A DNA stretch of 18,822 bases from Candidatus Eiseniibacteriota bacterium (lineage in GTDB: Bacteria; Eisenbacteria; RBG-16-71-46). Below are positions 16,138-18,822 of the stretch, in pieces (the first letter of the stretch is position 1; the number at the start of each line of letters is the position of its first letter). The notes beneath the pieces are model-generated. The model saw only the letters and a program-made list of their open reading frames with translations. It did no database searches and had not been told where the DNA came from. The position numbers and the translations under genes were made by a program. The stretch is from contig JANLWX010000118.1 of assembly GCA_031364845.1 (NCBI GenBank), positions 1 to 18,822 on the forward strand, read 5' to 3'.

Positions 16138-18822
16138 CTACTGGAGCACGATCAGCTTCTGCGACCTCACGTCGGTGCCGAGCGCGAACTTCACGAAGAA
16201 CACGCCGGCTTCGACCCGCGCACCCTGTCCATCGCGCAGATTCCAGCTCGCCGAATGCCGCCCGGCCTGTGCGGGACCGCGTTCGAGCACCCGGATCTTG
16301 CGGCCGGTAAGATCGTACACCGCGACTTCGAGCGCATCACCGGCGCGATCCGAAGGCACCGCCCACGAGATGCGCGTCAGGCCCGGCGATGGATTGGGCC
16401 ACGGTGCGGCGAACTCGACCGAACGCACTTCCACGACCGGTTTGCGATCCTCTTCCACGTCGGTCCACGCGAGCTGTCCCGCGAAGCCCGTGCGGGCCGC
16501 ATCGTGGTGGAACTGCGGCCACGGCGGCTGGCCGTTCGGCGAGAACGGGAAATCGTAGTCCCAGACGTGAAGCTTCTGATCCATTCCTGCGAACACGATC
16601 TCGGTCATCCCGTCCGCATCGCAGTCGCAGATCGCGGGCGTGCCCTTGACCTCGGCGCCGAGCAGGATCGGGAAGCCGGGCAGCACGGTTCCGTCGCCGC
16701 TGATCGCGGTGAGGTAGCCGAGTTCGTCACCCATCACGATGTCGTTGAGTCCGTCGCCGTTGATGTCGCCCACGACGGGGCTGCTCTCGGTCGCGAAGTA
16801 CGTGAGCGTGCTGAAGCGCACACCGTTGAGCGGTGCCAACGGCGTGCCGTTGCCGTTGTAGACGTAGAAGCGGCCGTCGGTGCCCGCGTAGACGACGTCG
16901 AGCTTGCCGTCGTTGTTCATGTCGGCGAGCGCCGGTGACGGCGCCAGGTCCATGCCGCCGATCGACGCCGGCTGCGGCCAGCCTGCCTTCTTCTGGCCAT
17001 TCGCGCGCAGGACGTGAATCGAATCGAGCCCGCCGTCTTTTTCGATCGGGATCACGATGTCGAGCTCGTTGTCCGCGTTGCCGTCGAGGTTGCCGATCGC
17101 GGGCGACCCATAGATGTGCGCGCCCACGGATCCGAGGTACTTGTTCCAGCCGACCGGCACGGTCCCATCGGAGCGGATCGCGTAGATCCACGCGTTCTCG
17201 GACGCGATCAGGACTTCGCGGCGTCCGTCACCGTCGATGTCCGCGATCGCCGGCGTTCCGAAGTTGTAGGCGGTGTCGACCTTCTTGAACACGCCGATCG
17301 TCGCGGGGTTCGCATCGCCGTCACGCACCTCGGTGCCGTTCCAGCGGAACGCGTAGATGCTGGTGCCGTTCGAGCCGAACACGACTTCCTTCTTGCCGTC
17401 ATTGTCGAGATCCGCGATCGCTGCGGCCGACCACACGGCTTCGGTGGTCGTGACCGGCCAGCCGGCCCGCACGCCGGCCGAACGCGTGAACGCGAACGTC
17501 ATGAGCGAGTCCCACGACGAAGCGACGATGTCCATGTAGCGGTCGCCATCGAGGTCCGCAACCGACACCGGAGCGCGGTAGTTGTATCCGCGAACGGAGA
17601 AGTCGCCGCTGGTCGCGATCGATCCGTCGGCGTCGACCGGAGCCGACCCATCGGGATTCCATGCGTACAGCAGCTCTTCGGATCCGGCGACGAAGCTGAG
17701 CGGGAATCCCGACCAGATGTGCTCGATCGCCACCGACGACTGGGACGCGAGCGCGAGCGGCATCGGGAAGAACGCGTGGCTCGGCGGATTCGTGCTGACC
17801 GGCACCGCGGCGGAACGGTCGGACTCATTGCACGACGAGTCGACGGCGGCGATCTGATAGAAGTACCGCGTCAGCGTCGAGAGACCCTCGTCGACGTAGT
17901 AGGACGTGCGCTCGGTCGGAATCGCGGTCATCCGCGTGAACGGGCCGCCCGCGCTGCCGGAACGGTAGACGTTGTATCCGAGCAGGTCGGACTCGGTCGA
18001 AGGCGTCCAGCTGAGCGCGATGCTCGAGGTGGAGCCGACGCCGGTCAGATCGATCGGCGTGGCCGGGATCGACAGGTCGAGCCGCTTCGTGAAGATCAGT
18101 CCGTGCGAGGTCGTGATCCGCAGTTCGAGCACGGCGTTCGCGCTGGCGGGAACGAACGTCATCGCATCGGCGGTCTTCTCTTCGCCGGGCGCGATCGTGC
18201 CCCACGTCGCGGTGCTGTCGCTGATGATCGTGATGCCGCTCACCGGGCGCAGCTTGGCGGTCACCGAGGCCGCGGGGCCGGTGCCGAGGTTCTTGAGCTT
18301 CACCAGGTACTGGACCGTCTCGCCGGGTTCCGGACGTCCGTTGGCGACGCCGCCCACATCGACGACCGACTCACCGTTGTGACGCAGCTTGTAGGCGTGA
18401 TTGGTGAGCAGGATCTTCTCGTTCCATGTGCGTCCGGCGTTGTCGGCGAGGCGCAGATTGAACGCCATCTCGCGATCGTCGGGGGACGAAACCGGAATCG
18501 CGATGCGATAGGACGTCGCGACGTTGGTCGTGGCGCCGGCAGAGATCGAACTGTAGCTCACGGAAGCCTGCGTGACCGTCACATAGGGATCGGTGGTGGT
18601 CAGCGTTCCCGTCACGGTGTTCGCCGTCGAACTGCCCGTGTTCTTGACCTGGATCTTGACATCGATCGTTTCGCCGGAATCGAGCTGGCCGTTGCCGTTG
18701 CCGGAAGTGCCGCTGACGTTGTCGTCGTCGATCACCGGGATGCGCTCGGAGAGCACCGGGGCGGCGGACGGGCTGATCGTGACCTGTGCCTGATAGGGCC
18801 GCGCATCGTAAGCGGTCACCGT
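16138..18822 (-). CDS. Large secreted multidomain protein, C-terminal part: two Ig-like domains, fibronectin III, FG-GAP/VCBS-type propeller, FlgD-Ig/T9SS-like C-terminal domain
   Basis: The frame is open to the window's right edge. It contains GNGNGQLDSGETIDVKIQVKNTG and NGRPEPGETVQYLVKLKNLG (Ig-like), LSWTPSTESDLLGYNVYRS...YFYQIAAVD (Fn3), multiple AIADLDNDGKKEVV-type Ca2+ repeats, WPQFHHDAARTG, and PWPNP...YDLTGRKIR...WNLRDGQG...GVFFVK...KLIVLQ. Confidence 0.9.
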   Translation of the reverse strand, partial: TVTAYDARPYQAQVTISPSAAPVLSERIPVIDDDNVSGTSGNGNGQLDSGETIDVKIQVKNTGSSTANTVTGTLTTTDPYVTVTQASVSYSSISAGATTNVATSYRIAIPVSSPDDREMAFNLRLADNAGRTWNEKILLTNHAYKLRHNGESVVDVGGVANGRPEPGETVQYLVKLKNLGTGPAASVTAKLRPVSGITIISDSTATWGTIAPGEEKTADAMTFVPASANAVLELRITTSHGLIFTKRLDLSIPATPIDLTGVGSTSSIALSWTPSTESDLLGYNVYRSGSAGGPFTRMTAIPTERTSYYVDEGLSTLTRYFYQIAAVDSSCNESDRSAAVPVSTNPPSHAFFPMPLALASQSSVAIEHIWSGFPLSFVAGSEELLYAWNPDGSAPVDADGSIATSGDFSVRGYNYRAPVSVADLDGDRYMDIVASSWDSLMTFAFTRSAGVRAGWPVTTTEAVWSAAAIADLDNDGKKEVVFGSNGTSIYAFRWNGTEVRDGDANPATIGVFKKVDTAYNFGTPAIADIDGDGRREVLIASENAWIYAIRSDGTVPVGWNKYLGSVGAHIYGSPAIGNLDGNADNELDIVIPIEKDGGLDSIHVLRANGQKKAGWPQPASIGGMDLAPSPALADMNNDGKLDVVYAGTDGRFYVYNGNGTPLAPLNGVRFSTLTYFATESSPVVGDINGDGLNDIVMGDELGYLTAISGDGTVLPGFPILLGAEVKGTPAICDCDADGMTEIVFAGMDQKLHVWDYDFPFSPNGQPPWPQFHHDAARTGFAGQLAWTDVEEDRKPVVEVRSVEFAAPWPNPSPGLTRISWAVPSDRAGDALEVAVYDLTGRKIRVLERGPAQAGRHSASWNLRDGQGARVEAGVFFVKFALGTDVRSQKLIVLQ

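Overview
High-GC bacterial chromosomal window. Its gene content resembles an FCB-superphylum lineage such as Ca. Eisenbacteria, but this is inferred from protein architectures only. The right half is a minus-strand block: a 5'-truncated giant secreted Ig/Fn3/FG-GAP protein, gltX, tRNA-Gln(CTG), a secreted hypothetical protein, an integrin-like FG-GAP protein, and tRNA-Glu(CTC). Directly downstream of tRNA-Glu lies a ~1.2 kb, lower-GC, integrase-less islet bounded by an exact 32-bp copy of part of the tRNA. It carries one unrecognised gene and a possible frameshifted remnant of a second. The left half holds an NHL-repeat gene (partial, absent from the ORF track), a broken K+ channel/RCK pseudogene, a GRDP-like Gly/Cys-tailed protein, a Ser/Thr kinase with a beta-propeller, an 18-repeat Kelch-like protein and a lipoprotein alpha/beta hydrolase. 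Three unrelated secreted propeller proteins share a T9SS-type-A/FlgD-Ig-like C-terminal domain. No complete novel system is demonstrable. The best leads are the tRNA-Glu islet cargo and the shared C-terminal sorting domain.
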